Assembly: GCA_963701855.1 (NCBI GenBank)
Contig: CAVPBK010000013.1
Location: forward strand, 32,001-96,000
From: Nitrospirota bacterium
GTDB lineage: Bacteria > Nitrospirota > Nitrospiria > Nitrospirales > Nitrospiraceae
Direction of reading: 5' to 3'
DNA length: 64,000 bases
Both the position numbers and the translations under genes were made by a program. Shown here piece by piece: positions 18,847 to 29,600 of the stretch. The notes below the pieces were generated by a model. That model saw only the letters and a program-made list of their open reading frames with translations, was not told the origin of the DNA and ran no database searches. Numbering within the stretch: the stretch's first letter is position 1; the number at the start of each line of letters is the position of its first letter.

Positions 18847-20829
18847 ATGGCCCGCCCGTTGATATCTCTGTTCTCATATCGCACGTATGCCCTTTCGGCA
18901 CGGTGGTGCCTATCGCTGACACTTGTCTGGAGCATACTTTGGCCAGTCACTGGGTTCGAGTTCAATTCGCCCGTCTATGCGGAAACAGGGCCAGCCGGCC
19001 AGGCGAACAATCCCACGCTGAAGCAGGCGAAGCGCCTGCTCGACGCAGGTCAGGCTGAAGAGGCCATCACTACGCTCCGTCGTTTTCTAGCCACCTCTCC
19101 GAAGCCTGATCTGCTGGACGACACCTATCTACTCCTCGGTGCCGCCTTACACAGCTCGAAGCAATATGGGGACGCCTTAAAATACCTGCTGCAGCTGCAA
19201 ACCGAGTTCCCCGATTCAGAAGTAACGGATCGAGGCAAGCTGATGCAGGCTCGAGTCCATGCGGCAATGGGCAACCTCGATCTTGCCCTCCCGATCTTGA
19301 ACGGGCTGCGCAATCTTTCAAAAGATGAAGGCACGAAACGCGAAGCCCTGCGGCTGAGCGGTGAGTTCTATGCGCAAAAAAAGGACGCGCCCCGTGCCAT
19401 TCAGGCGTGGCTCGATGAAGTGGCCTTGGGAACCGAAGACCAGGCGGAAGACGTGCGGACCCGGATTCGCGAGCTGGCCAGCGAGACCTCCGACAAGAAA
19501 GCCCTCGAACAAATCCGGGACACCTTTCCACGCAACTTTCCCGGTGATCTCGCGTCCCTCCGGCTCATCGATCTCTACATCGGCCGTGGAGAGGACCACC
19601 AAGCCATCCGGCAGATCCAACAATTTCTCGTGAATTTCCCGACTCACCCGCAAGCAGCGAAAACCTCTGAACTCCTCGCTACACTCCAAGCCAAACAAAA
19701 ATCCAACCAGTTTTTCATCGCCGGAGTCCTGCCACTTTCAGGAAAGCTCGCCCCCTATGCCGGTGAAGTCCTCAGCGGAATTCAGCTGGCCGTCGAAGCA
19801 ACTAGAGACAAGGCAGGGAGCCCATCGATCGGTCTCATCGTCAAAGATTTGGAATCCGATTACGCCTCGTTTTTAGACGAGTTCTCCGAATTGCTGAATA
19901 CCGATCGCCCCCTCGCCGTGATCGGTCCGCTCCTCTCAAAGAATCTGCCGGTCATGGCAGAACTCGCCGAGCGAGCCCACATCCCTCTGATCACGCCGAC
20001 GGCAACCCTCCCCAACGTCAGACGACTCGGCAACTATGTGTTCAGCACGGCGCTCACCTATGAACTTCAAGCCAAACGAATCGCGGCCTATGCCATCAAA
20101 GAACAAGGCTTCCGCCGATTCTGCATCCTGCATCCTGACACCGCGTATGGCCGCGAGTTGGCCCGGCTCTTCGCCCACGAAGTTCGCCAACACGAGGGGG
20201 AAGTGATTGCCATCGAATCTTACAAAGAGGGCGAAGCCGATGTGAGTGCGCAACTCAAACGCATGAAAGTGGAGGATCTCAAGAAGTACGGCTTGTCCGT
20301 GCCGGCTGATCAAACGAAATTGACAGGGAAACTGACAAAACTGGACAAGAAAGTCTTCTATACGCCGGGCTTCGACGCCATCTTCATTCCAGGCCGCGCA
20401 GCCGACGCCGGCCTCATTACAGCCCAGCTCAATTTCCACGACATGAAAGTGCCTTTCCTCGGCGCGAATGGATGGAACTCGCCCGACTTCGCCCGCACGG
20501 ACGATTCGTCGAGCGACGGAGCCGTATTCGTCGACGGCTTCTTTGTAGACAGCCCCACTCCAACGGTGCAGGATTTTGTCGCCCGGTACAAAAAACGATT
20601 TGAAACCAGCCCGACAGTCTTTGCGATGCAAGGCTACGATGCCGCAAAGTTGGTGCTCGATGCAGTTCGAAAAGGCGCCTCCTCCGGCGAAGCCGTCCGC
20701 GATCAACTGCTGACACAGCCGGACCTTTCCTCCCTTGCGGGACCGGCGGCGTTTGGACCGGACGGAACATTGAACCGTCCGCTCTTTCTCATACAAATCA
20801 AACGAGGCCGATTCCTTCAGGTGAACTAA
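18847..20829 (+). CDS. Penicillin-binding protein activator LpoA/LppC-like (TPR plus periplasmic binding fold)
   Basis: N-terminal TPRs, VLPLSG, VIGPLLS, GYDAA. Confidence 0.8.
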   Translation: MARPLISLFSYRTYALSARWCLSLTLVWSILWPVTGFEFNSPVYAETGPAGQANNPTLKQAKRLLDAGQAEEAITTLRRFLATSPKPDLLDDTYLLLGAALHSSKQYGDALKYLLQLQTEFPDSEVTDRGKLMQARVHAAMGNLDLALPILNGLRNLSKDEGTKREALRLSGEFYAQKKDAPRAIQAWLDEVALGTEDQAEDVRTRIRELASETSDKKALEQIRDTFPRNFPGDLASLRLIDLYIGRGEDHQAIRQIQQFLVNFPTHPQAAKTSELLATLQAKQKSNQFFIAGVLPLSGKLAPYAGEVLSGIQLAVEATRDKAGSPSIGLIVKDLESDYASFLDEFSELLNTDRPLAVIGPLLSKNLPVMAELAERAHIPLITPTATLPNVRRLGNYVFSTALTYELQAKRIAAYAIKEQGFRRFCILHPDTAYGRELARLFAHEVRQHEGEVIAIESYKEGEADVSAQLKRMKVEDLKKYGLSVPADQTKLTGKLTKLDKKVFYTPGFDAIFIPGRAADAGLITAQLNFHDMKVPFLGANGWNSPDFARTDDSSSDGAVFVDGFFVDSPTPTVQDFVARYKKRFETSPTVFAMQGYDAAKLVLDAVRKGASSGEAVRDQLLTQPDLSSLAGPAAFGPDGTLNRPLFLIQIKRGRFLQVN

Positions 20830-20842
20830 GAAAGCCAACCGT

Positions 20843-21586
20843 ATGAACTCTTTACCGCAGATCCTCCATACGATTTCCTACATGGGGCTCCCGCTCCTGT
20901 TCGCGATGGTGTTGCACGAGTACGCACACGGCTGGGTTGCCTATCGGTGCGGCGATTCGACGGCCAAACTCCAGGGCCGGCTTACCATGAATCCGCTGGC
21001 GCACATCGATCCGTTCGGAACCGTCATCCTACCGCTGCTGTGCCTACTCATGCCGGGAGGATTTCTCCTCGGCTGGGCGAAGCCAGTCCCGATCGATCCA
21101 CGCGCCATGCGCCAACCACGTCGCGACATGGCGCTCGTCGCGGCGGCTGGGCCGGTTATGAATCTCGCCCTGGCCATCGGCAGCGCTCTTCTCTTCGCAC
21201 TCCTCTTATCGATCGATTCCTCGATTGGAAGCTACTGGTCCAAATCGGAAGAGGCCCCGCCTCCGGATACGTGGCACCAACTGTTCCTCTTGCCGATCGC
21301 CGTGATGTCGGTCTACTCCGTCTTGATTAACGTGCTCTTGATGCTGTTCAATCTGCTGCCGCTTCCCCCATTGGACGGTGGGAGAATTCTCACAAGTCTT
21401 CTCCCTCACAACGCGGCGATTGCGCTCTCCCGCGTAGAACCCTATGGCATGTTCATCTTGATGGGGCTGATTATCCTCGATCCGCAGATTCACCTGATCC
21501 ATACCATCACCAGCACCTTTACCCACAGCCTCTCCAATACGATTCTCTCCACCGCCATCGGTCTCGGAGCGGGAAACACACCATGA
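20843..21586 (+). CDS. Site-2 protease, peptidase M50
   Basis: LHEYAHG, NPLAHIDPFGT, GWAKPVP, FNLLPLPPLDGGRI. Confidence 0.93.
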   Translation: MNSLPQILHTISYMGLPLLFAMVLHEYAHGWVAYRCGDSTAKLQGRLTMNPLAHIDPFGTVILPLLCLLMPGGFLLGWAKPVPIDPRAMRQPRRDMALVAAAGPVMNLALAIGSALLFALLLSIDSSIGSYWSKSEEAPPPDTWHQLFLLPIAVMSVYSVLINVLLMLFNLLPLPPLDGGRILTSLLPHNAAIALSRVEPYGMFILMGLIILDPQIHLIHTITSTFTHSLSNTILSTAIGLGAGNTP

Positions 21587-22572
21587 CCACACCCAGGAAA
21601 CGAGTCCTCAGCGGCATGCAGCCGAGCGGGCTGCTGCATCTCGGCAATTACCTCGGCGCCTTGGAGAATTGGAAAGGCCTTCAGAACGAGTTCGAGTGCT
21701 ATTTCTTTGTCGCCGACTGGCACGCGCTCTCGACAAATTATGCCGACACCAGTCGCATCCGAGAGTTCGTCCACGAGTTGTTGATCGACTGGCTGGCTGC
21801 CGGCATCGATCCTGCGAAAGCCACGGTGTTCGTGCAATCGCGTATCCCGGAACATGCCGTCCTGCATCTCTTACTCTCCATGATCATTCCTGTCGCCTGG
21901 CTGGAACGGAATCCGACTTATAAGGAAAAACAGGAAGAGATAAAGGAGCGTGATCTGAGCACGTACGGATTTCTCGGCTATCCAGTCCTCCAAGCCGCAG
22001 ATATCCTCATCTACAAACCGGATTTCGTACCGGTAGGCAAAGACCAGCTGCCGCACCTTGAGCTCACCAGAGAACTCGCCCGCCGGTTCAATAGCCTGTA
22101 CAGGCCGGTATTCCCTGAGCCGTTGGAGCAGCTCACGAAGTTTCCGAAAGTGCTCGGCACGGATGGCCGGAAGATGAGTAAAAGCTACGGCAACACGATC
22201 AACCTCTCAGACCCCGAGCCGGTCGTGCGCCAGAAACTCAAGACGATGGTCACCGATCCAGCCCGAGTCCGACGCCACGATCCCGGGAACCCGGACCTCT
22301 GCCCGGTGTACGATTTTCACAAAATCTTTTCATTGCCGCCGATTCAGGAGCAGATTAATACCGAATGTCGAACCGCCGCCATCGGCTGTATTGACTGCAA
22401 GAAACTTGTCGCCGATCGAGTGGTCGAACGCATGACACCGATGTGGGATGCTCGTGCGCGCCTAAGTCAAGATTCCGCATACCTGAACGACATCGTAGCA
22501 GAGGGCAGCCGTCGGGCCGGCGAGGTCGCCAAAGCGACGCTCCATGACGTGAACGAGGCGATGAACATTTAA
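21583..22572 (+). CDS. trpS: Tryptophan--tRNA ligase
   Basis: SGMQPSG, HLGN, YPVLQAADI, VPVGKDQ, KMSKS. Confidence 0.97.
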   Translation: MTTPRKRVLSGMQPSGLLHLGNYLGALENWKGLQNEFECYFFVADWHALSTNYADTSRIREFVHELLIDWLAAGIDPAKATVFVQSRIPEHAVLHLLLSMIIPVAWLERNPTYKEKQEEIKERDLSTYGFLGYPVLQAADILIYKPDFVPVGKDQLPHLELTRELARRFNSLYRPVFPEPLEQLTKFPKVLGTDGRKMSKSYGNTINLSDPEPVVRQKLKTMVTDPARVRRHDPGNPDLCPVYDFHKIFSLPPIQEQINTECRTAAIGCIDCKKLVADRVVERMTPMWDARARLSQDSAYLNDIVAEGSRRAGEVAKATLHDVNEAMNI

Positions 22573-22974
22573 ATGAGGAAGAAGATAAGGAGTTGCAAGG
22601 TTTGGCAAGGAGGACTCTCGGGCTGCGGAACCTGGATGCACTCCGACAAACAGTCTGTCACCATTTTCACCAACCCGCCGGAAAGCACGGTCGTCATTGA
22701 CGACTACCTGCACCTCACCGCGCCAGGCACAGTCACCCTCAGCCGCAAAGGCAACCACCTCGCCCAGGCGAACAAATACGGCTATGAATAGGCATCGCTC
22801 AAGATCGACCGGAACTGGTCCTGGTGGGTCGTCGGAGATATTTTGGACTGCCTCATTATTTTTTCACCGCTCTGCATCATGCACGACATCGACAAAGGCG
22901 GCTACTATACGTTCGACGACAAGATCTATCTGACGCTCGATTGCCGGACGACTGAACCTCTTCCCCTCAAATGA
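22573..22974 (+). pseudogene. Degraded PEGA-like lipoprotein gene with in-frame TAG at 22789-22791
   Basis: LSGC lipobox without a hydrophobic signal, VTIFTNPPESTVVID, KYGYE; the frame continues past TAG to TGA at 22972-22974. Confidence 0.65.
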
Positions 22975-22980
22975 ATACCG

Positions 22981-23010
22981 TTGACGGTTGGGCTGGGCGT
23001 GGGATAGACT
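22981..23010 (+). promoter_or_regulatory. Putative sigma70 promoter, possibly giving a leaderless transcript for 23017
   Basis: TTGACG-18 nt-TAGACT ending 6 nt before the ATG. Confidence 0.4.
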
Positions 23011-23016
23011 GACCCC

Positions 23017-23388
23017 ATGCAAATACATACTCATCGATCTCTTTCAGTGCTGGCAGGCACACTCGTCGTGCTCTTTTTCGCATTGAGCTTCAATGCCTAT
23101 GCTTGCCTCCTCCCGGTAAATGGTGTCACGTCTTCTGCAATGGACAATGGATGTTCGACTCCGGATGAACAACCAACCTCTCAGTACTGCGATGCGTTTA
23201 AAACGCTCGGCGTCCAAGCTGCAGATAAGCTTCCCCTCAACAGTGACTATCAAGCCCTCTGTCCAGAAGACACTGCCTCGCTAGCGCTTCTTGTCATCCT
23301 CACTTCACACAGCAGCCGCTTGTCCGATCATCCCGCGGTTAGTCCTCATCAGGATCTCCTGCTCAAGATTTCCGTGCTTCGCATCTGA
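23017..23388 (+). CDS. Small Cys-containing membrane/exported protein preceding the metal efflux operon
   Basis: Hydrophobic N-terminus, 4 Cys, C-terminal SVLRI tail typical of such leader genes. Confidence 0.65.
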   Translation: MQIHTHRSLSVLAGTLVVLFFALSFNAYACLLPVNGVTSSAMDNGCSTPDEQPTSQYCDAFKTLGVQAADKLPLNSDYQALCPEDTASLALLVILTSHSSRLSDHPAVSPHQDLLLKISVLRI

Positions 23389-23547
23389 TCTTTCTCCTTC
23401 CATATCTTGCAATCGCTCCTGTGCCATCACGTGTGCCGTTCGACGCTTAGTTTCAGCGTCCGGGTTCCCTTCTAATTCTCTGGGGCAACATATAGCCAGA
23501 GCGCAGACGGGTCGTCGAACGTGTAAGAACTTCGGGAGGTCATCTCT

Positions 23548-24837
23548 ATGAAACGGAATAGACGACGTCAATGTCTAACGGTCGTGTACGTGTTGGTGAT
23601 GTTCTTCAGCAGCGGACCGTTGTGGGCGCAAGATGACGACTCCGTAGTGCGCAACAGGCTGGTGCTGCCGGAATTGATCCAAGAGGTCCTAGCTCGGAAT
23701 CCCGAGCTTGTGGCGGCACGCAAGCAATGGGAAGCCGTCACGAATCGGATTACGCCGGCACGGTCATTAGATGACCCAATCCTGTCCCTCCAGTTGTGGA
23801 ATTTCCCCCAGAGCTTCAATGTCACGCAGACGCAGAACAATATTTTCGGTCTCGCGCAGAATCTCCCCTTTCCCGGCAAACTCGCGCTCAAAGGCAACGT
23901 GGCGAGTCGTTCGGCTGATATGACCGAGCAGGCGGTCCGTGCGAAGGAACGGGAGTTGGTCGCTCGCATGAAGCAGGCCTACTACGATTTGTTTCTCGCG
24001 CAGAAGGCACTCCAGATTCATCATGAACAGGTGGAGCTGTTCAAACAATTTGTGGAGATTGCGAACGCAAAGTTCCGTGCGGGCAAGGGAAGCCAGGCCG
24101 ATGTCTTCAAGGCTCAAGTCGAGTTGTCCCTGCTGTTCCAACATCTTCCCGTCCTGGACCAGCGTCGAGAAACCGCCGAAGCGATGCTGAATACGCTGCT
24201 TGATCGAGATCCCGCATTCCGCTTGGGCCTTGCGCAAGAACCCTCTCAACTCCCACTCGAGACGCCCATGAACGATCTGCATCAGTTCGCGTTAAACGAC
24301 AGACCGGAACTCAAATCCGCCGAACTCGCAGTGCAGCGGAACGAGCAATCCCACGCGCTGGCCCAGCGTCAGTACTATCCGGACTTCAACGTGGCGTTTC
24401 AGCGCTTTCAAAACTATCAGGCCAACGACGGATTCGGCGCCTATGTGGCGATGAGTATTCCGTTCGCGTTTTGGACCAAGCCGAAGTATGACGCGGGCGT
24501 GCAGGAGGCCGCGGCGGCGGTAGCGGTCGCGCGGGCGGAGCAACATACCTTAGAAAACCTGACCCGGTTTCAGATCAACGATCTCCTGGCCAAGCTCCGG
24601 GCGACTGACCAGACGGCCACGTTGTACCGCACCACCATCCTGCCACAGGCCGAGCAGAGCGTGGACGCGGCGCGGGTCGGGTATCGTGCGGGCAAAGCAG
24701 GGTTTCTGGAGCTGATTGACGCGCAGAAGGCCTGGCGAGGATTTCAGCTTGAGTATTTCCAGGCGCTCGTGGACCGCCAGCATCGACTGGCTGAACTCGA
24801 GCAAGTCGTCGGCATCACGCTTGATCGGCACAGCTAA
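23548..24837 (+). CDS. TolC/CusC-family outer membrane efflux protein
   Basis: Signal peptide, NPEL, QNLPFPGK, YRAGKAGFLELIDAQ; GGGAGG RBS. Confidence 0.9.
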   Translation: MKRNRRRQCLTVVYVLVMFFSSGPLWAQDDDSVVRNRLVLPELIQEVLARNPELVAARKQWEAVTNRITPARSLDDPILSLQLWNFPQSFNVTQTQNNIFGLAQNLPFPGKLALKGNVASRSADMTEQAVRAKERELVARMKQAYYDLFLAQKALQIHHEQVELFKQFVEIANAKFRAGKGSQADVFKAQVELSLLFQHLPVLDQRRETAEAMLNTLLDRDPAFRLGLAQEPSQLPLETPMNDLHQFALNDRPELKSAELAVQRNEQSHALAQRQYYPDFNVAFQRFQNYQANDGFGAYVAMSIPFAFWTKPKYDAGVQEAAAAVAVARAEQHTLENLTRFQINDLLAKLRATDQTATLYRTTILPQAEQSVDAARVGYRAGKAGFLELIDAQKAWRGFQLEYFQALVDRQHRLAELEQVVGITLDRHS

Positions 24838-24859
24838 CGCAATCAATAAGGAGGAGCAC

Positions 24860-26617
24860 ATGAATCAGCAGACATACAGAAAAAGTTTCGTGGTTGGCGC
24901 TGTGGCGATCGGTTTGATCGCCGGAGTCACCGTCGGCTTCTTCGCTGCTCACAGAACGATGGCTGACATAGTTGGCATGATCATCGGAACAGGAGTCGTC
25001 TCGGCGGCCCCAGAGCGGACGGGTGATATCGGTGACATGAAACAGATGGAGATGAAGGGCGGAACCATGCAGGGCATGCCAGGCATGTCTGCTGCACCGT
25101 CCGGGGCTGTGGTGGTTCCGGCTGTGATGAGACAGTTGATCGGGGTCCGAAGCGCGCCGGCCAGCATCGTGCTATTAGGGCAAGAGATTCGCGCGGTCGG
25201 CACGGTCGGCTACGACGAACGCGGCTTTACTCAGGTCACAGTGAAAACCTCCGGGTGGGTGCGAGAGGTCTTTGTGAATTCGATCGGTCGCCCCGTACGC
25301 AAAGGCGACCCCCTCTTCACCCTCTACTCACCGGACCTTCTGGCCACGCAAGACGAATATCTCCTCGCCGTGAAAACGCAGGGTCAACTGGCTGCCAGTC
25401 CGCTCGCTGAAGTCAAAGCGAACGCGGTTTCCCTCGTGGGCAGTGCGCGGGAACGCCTGCGATTGTGGGACGTGACCGATGCACAAATGGCCGCGCTGGA
25501 ACGTCGAGGTAAAGCGGAGCCGGTGCTCACGGTCTTTGCCCCATCCTCCGGGATCGTCCTGAAGCGAGAGGCCGTGCCTGGAAAATATGTGGAGCCGGGC
25601 ACGACACTGTACGAGGTGGCGGATCTCTCCACGGTCTGGATCTCTGCCGACATTTATGAGTCCGAGGTCGCGGCGGTGACACTCAACCAGCCAGCTTTAG
25701 TCACCTTCGCCGCGTATCCGGGAGAAACGTTTGAAGGCACGGTTTCGTACATTTATACCACCCTGAATACCGAAGCCCGCACGGTGCGGGTGCGGTTGGA
25801 CATGCCAAATCCTGGGCTGAGACTGAAGCCGGGCATGTTCGGCACCGTCACCTTGCAAACCGATGCGGCGAGGGCGTTGGTTGTGCCCAAGGAAGCCGTG
25901 CTGGACACCGGACTTCGGCAACTCGTGTTCATCGATCGTGGCGAAGGAGCTTACGCGCCGTATCCAGTCAAGCTTGGCCGCAGGAGCCAGGATCACGTGG
26001 AAGTGCTGGAAGGACTCAAAGAAGGAGATCGCATCGTGACCTCGGCCAATTTCCTGTTGGACGCAGAGAGTAAGTTGGCTTCAGCGTCGAGCATGCAGGC
26101 CATGATGGGCAGGATCGGCATGGGCGATTGGCAGATGCGCGGTGCGCACGAGGGCAAGATGCAAGGCATGGACATGGGCGATATGCAAGGCATGAAGGGG
26201 ATGCCGATGGGGGATATGAAGGGAATGGAAGGGATGAAGGGGATGGAGAACATGCCTGGCATGGGGATGGGAGGCAAGAAGGAGGGAGCTGAGACTCGCC
26301 AGATTAACGGCCTTAGCCTCGCTCTCACGACGGTGCCGGAACAGCCCAAGGCAGGTAATGTGCTGCTCAAGCTCACGCTCACAGATCAGGCCGGCAAGCC
26401 AGTGACCAATGCGCAAGTCGTGTTCGTCTATACGATGCCGATGCCGGGCATGACCGATTCCAAGGTGACGGCTCGCCATACCAAGAATGGGCTCTACGAA
26501 GGTACGGTGCTCTTCGGTATGGGCGGCACGTGGGTGGTGACGGCCAATGTGACGGTACCAGGACAGCCGCCCCTTGCCGAAAAGTATCAGTTCGCGGTCG
26601 GCGGGGGAGGCATGTAA
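24860..26617 (+). CDS. cusB: CusB-like RND periplasmic adaptor with Met-rich linkers and a C-terminal YtkA/FixH-like domain
   Basis: YSPDLLATQDEYL, LKPGMF, SANFLLDAES, MxG repeats, YTMPMPGM..GTWVV; AGGAGGAG RBS before 24860. Confidence 0.85.
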   Translation: MNQQTYRKSFVVGAVAIGLIAGVTVGFFAAHRTMADIVGMIIGTGVVSAAPERTGDIGDMKQMEMKGGTMQGMPGMSAAPSGAVVVPAVMRQLIGVRSAPASIVLLGQEIRAVGTVGYDERGFTQVTVKTSGWVREVFVNSIGRPVRKGDPLFTLYSPDLLATQDEYLLAVKTQGQLAASPLAEVKANAVSLVGSARERLRLWDVTDAQMAALERRGKAEPVLTVFAPSSGIVLKREAVPGKYVEPGTTLYEVADLSTVWISADIYESEVAAVTLNQPALVTFAAYPGETFEGTVSYIYTTLNTEARTVRVRLDMPNPGLRLKPGMFGTVTLQTDAARALVVPKEAVLDTGLRQLVFIDRGEGAYAPYPVKLGRRSQDHVEVLEGLKEGDRIVTSANFLLDAESKLASASSMQAMMGRIGMGDWQMRGAHEGKMQGMDMGDMQGMKGMPMGDMKGMEGMKGMENMPGMGMGGKKEGAETRQINGLSLALTTVPEQPKAGNVLLKLTLTDQAGKPVTNAQVVFVYTMPMPGMTDSKVTARHTKNGLYEGTVLFGMGGTWVVTANVTVPGQPPLAEKYQFAVGGGGM

Positions 26618-26623
26618 GACGTC

Positions 26624-29600
26624 ATGATCGCGCGACTCATTGAAGGAAGTGCCCGCAATCCGGTTCTGGTCATCCTTTTTGTCTTGCTGTTGGCAAGCTG
26701 GGGCCTGTGGGCGGGATTTCAGGTTCCGCTGGATGCGATTCCTGATCTGTCCGATGTCCAAGTGATCGTCTACACCGAGTGGCAGGGGCGCAGCCCCACG
26801 TTGATTGAGGACCAGGTCACCTATCCAATCGTCGCCTCCCTGCTGGCCGGTCCGAAAGTCAAACGGGTGCGTGGCGTCTCGGAGTACGGGGTCTCGTACG
26901 TCTATGTGATCTTCGAAGACCGGACGGACTTGTACTGGGCACGCAGTCGTGTGCTGGAGTACATGCAAAAGTTGACCGGGAAGCTGCCCTCCGGTGTCGC
27001 ACCGACGCTAGGTCCTGACGCGACCGGGGTCGGGTGGGTGTATCAGTATGCACTGGTTGATGAGTCTGGCGCACACGACTTGGCGCAGCTCCGCAGTCTG
27101 CAAGATTGGTATTTGCGCTACCAACTGGAAAGTGTGCCAGGCGTCGCAGAAGTGGCGGTGGTCGGCGGGTTCGTCAAACAGTATCAAATTGAAGTGGACC
27201 CGAACACATTGGCCACCTACCGGTTACCGATCAAGACGATCATCGAAGCGGTCCGGAACAGCAATGCGGAGGTGAGCGGCCGCGTCTTAGAAATGGCCGG
27301 CACGGAATACGTGATTCGAGGGAGAGGCTACCTGCGATCTGTTGATGATATTGAGCTGATCCCAGTCGGGACGGATGGACGCGGCACGCCCATCTTGATC
27401 CGGGACATCGCCCATGTCCACATCGGACCGGACCAGCGTCGGGGCGTGGCCGAATTGGACGGCAAGGGCCAGACGGTCGGCGGCATCGTGATCATGCGGG
27501 CCGGAGAAAACGCGCTTGCCGTGATCGAGCGGATCAAAGCCAAGCTGGCAGAAATTACGCCGGCCCTACCGACAGGCGTCCACATCGCTCCCACCTACGA
27601 TCGGTCTGATCTCATTCATCGAGCCATTGCCGTACTCCGCGAGAAGCTCGTAGAGGAAAGTATCATTGTCAGCCTGGTCGCAGTGGTTTTTCTGTTCCAT
27701 CTGCGTAGCGCCCTGGTGGCGATTCTCATCCTGCCCGTGGCCGTGCTGCTGGCCTTCATCCCGATGGCGTACTTGCATATTACGTCCAGCATCATGTCGC
27801 TCGGTGGCATCGCCATTGCCATCGGCGCGATGGTGGACGCGGCCATCGTCATGGTAGAGAACGCCCATAAGCGGTTGGAGCAATCTCCGCATGCGGACCG
27901 GATCGAAACCATCATCGCGGCAGCCAAAGAAGTCGGCCGTCCCCTGTTCTTTTCATTGTTGGTGATTGCCGTATCGTTCCTGCCAATCTTTGCACTGGAA
28001 GCCCAAGAAGGACGATTGTTCACACCCCTGGCCTACACCAAGACCTTTGCAATGCTCTTTGCTACAGCACTTTCAGTGACCTTGGCTCCAGTGCTGATGG
28101 TCCTCCTCATCCGAGGGCGTATCCGAGCGGAGGCCAAGAATCCGTTGAATTGGCTGTTGGTCGCGTTGTATCGGCCCATCCTTTCCGGCGCGCTACGCGC
28201 CCGGTGGATGACACTCGGACTGGCTGTGGTGGTCGTGGGATTCACGGCGCCGATCTTTTCCCGCCTCGGCGCGGAATTCATGCCGCCGCTGAATGAGGGA
28301 ACCATCCTCTACATGCCGACTACCGTCCCTGGTCTCTCGATTCCTGAATCGGCCAAGGTGTTGCAGGTCCAGGATCACTTGCTCACGACCCTCCCTGAAG
28401 TGGAGCGAGTGTTCGGCAAGATGGGAAAGGCCTCGACGGCCACCGATCCGGCCTTTGTCGGAATGGGCGAGATCACGGTCACCCTCAAACCGGAAGCGCA
28501 ATGGCGTCCCGGCATGACCTGGGACCGTTTGCTGGATGAAATGGATGCGAAGCTACGCATTCCCGGCTTTCCAAACATCTGGTGGATGCCGATTCAGACT
28601 CGCACCGAGATGATCACGACTGGTGTGCGCAGCCCGGTCGGCATCAAAGTCCTGGGGCCGGATCTGAAGACCATTGAGAAAATCGGCTTGGAGATCGAGC
28701 ACGTCTTGACAAACGTGCCAGGCACGAAAAGCGCGTTTGCTGAACGGCTCAACGAAGGCTATTACCTGGATCTAACCGTGAACCGGCGTGAGGCGGCCCG
28801 CTATGGACTGACGGTGGGAGATGTGCAAGGGGTGATCACCTCAGCCATCGGGGGAGAAACTGTGACAACCACGGTCGAGGGGCGCGAGCGATATCCGGTC
28901 AATGTCCGCTATAAGCGCGAACTGCGCGATGATCCCGATCGGCTCAAACGGGTGTTGATCCCCACGCCGAGCGGCTCACAGATTCCACTCGGACAAATCG
29001 CAGAGATGGTCATTACGCAGGGGCCTCCGTCGATCACGGATGAGGCAGGAGCGCTGGCAGGTCTGGTTTCGGTCGCGGTCAGCGGCCGCGATCTCCGCGG
29101 CTACGTCGAAGACGCCCAACGAGCCGTCCGAGCCCGAGTAACGTTACCTCCTGGCTACCGGCTGGTCTGGGCTGGCCAATACGAGCATCTGGTGCGGGCC
29201 GAAGAGCGGTTAAAGCTGGTCGTCCCTGTCACCATTGGGATCATCCTCTTGCTGCTTTATCTCAATTTCGGTTCACTGTCAAAATCCCTCATCGTGCTCT
29301 TATCCGTCCCCTTCGCCACGATCGGGGCCATCTGGTATCTCGACTATCTGGGCTACAACTTGAGCGTGGCGGTCTGGGTCGGGATCATCGCTCTGGCCGG
29401 CGTGGCAGCGGAGACAGGCGTGGTGATGCTGGTCTATCTCGACGAGGCCTATGAGCGGCGAGTACGCGAAGGCCGCATGGCAACAGCACAGGACCTGCTC
29501 GAAGCCATTATGGAAGGCGCGGTTCAGCGGGTGCGGCCCAAGATGATGACGGTCGCCGCGATTATGGGCGGGTTGCTCCCCATTATGTGGACCACTGGTA

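Noticed and set aside
22789..22791. In-frame TAG as pyrrolysine or programmed readthrough
   Set aside because: No pyl genes are visible and the gene is also damaged at its 5' end, so simple decay is more likely.
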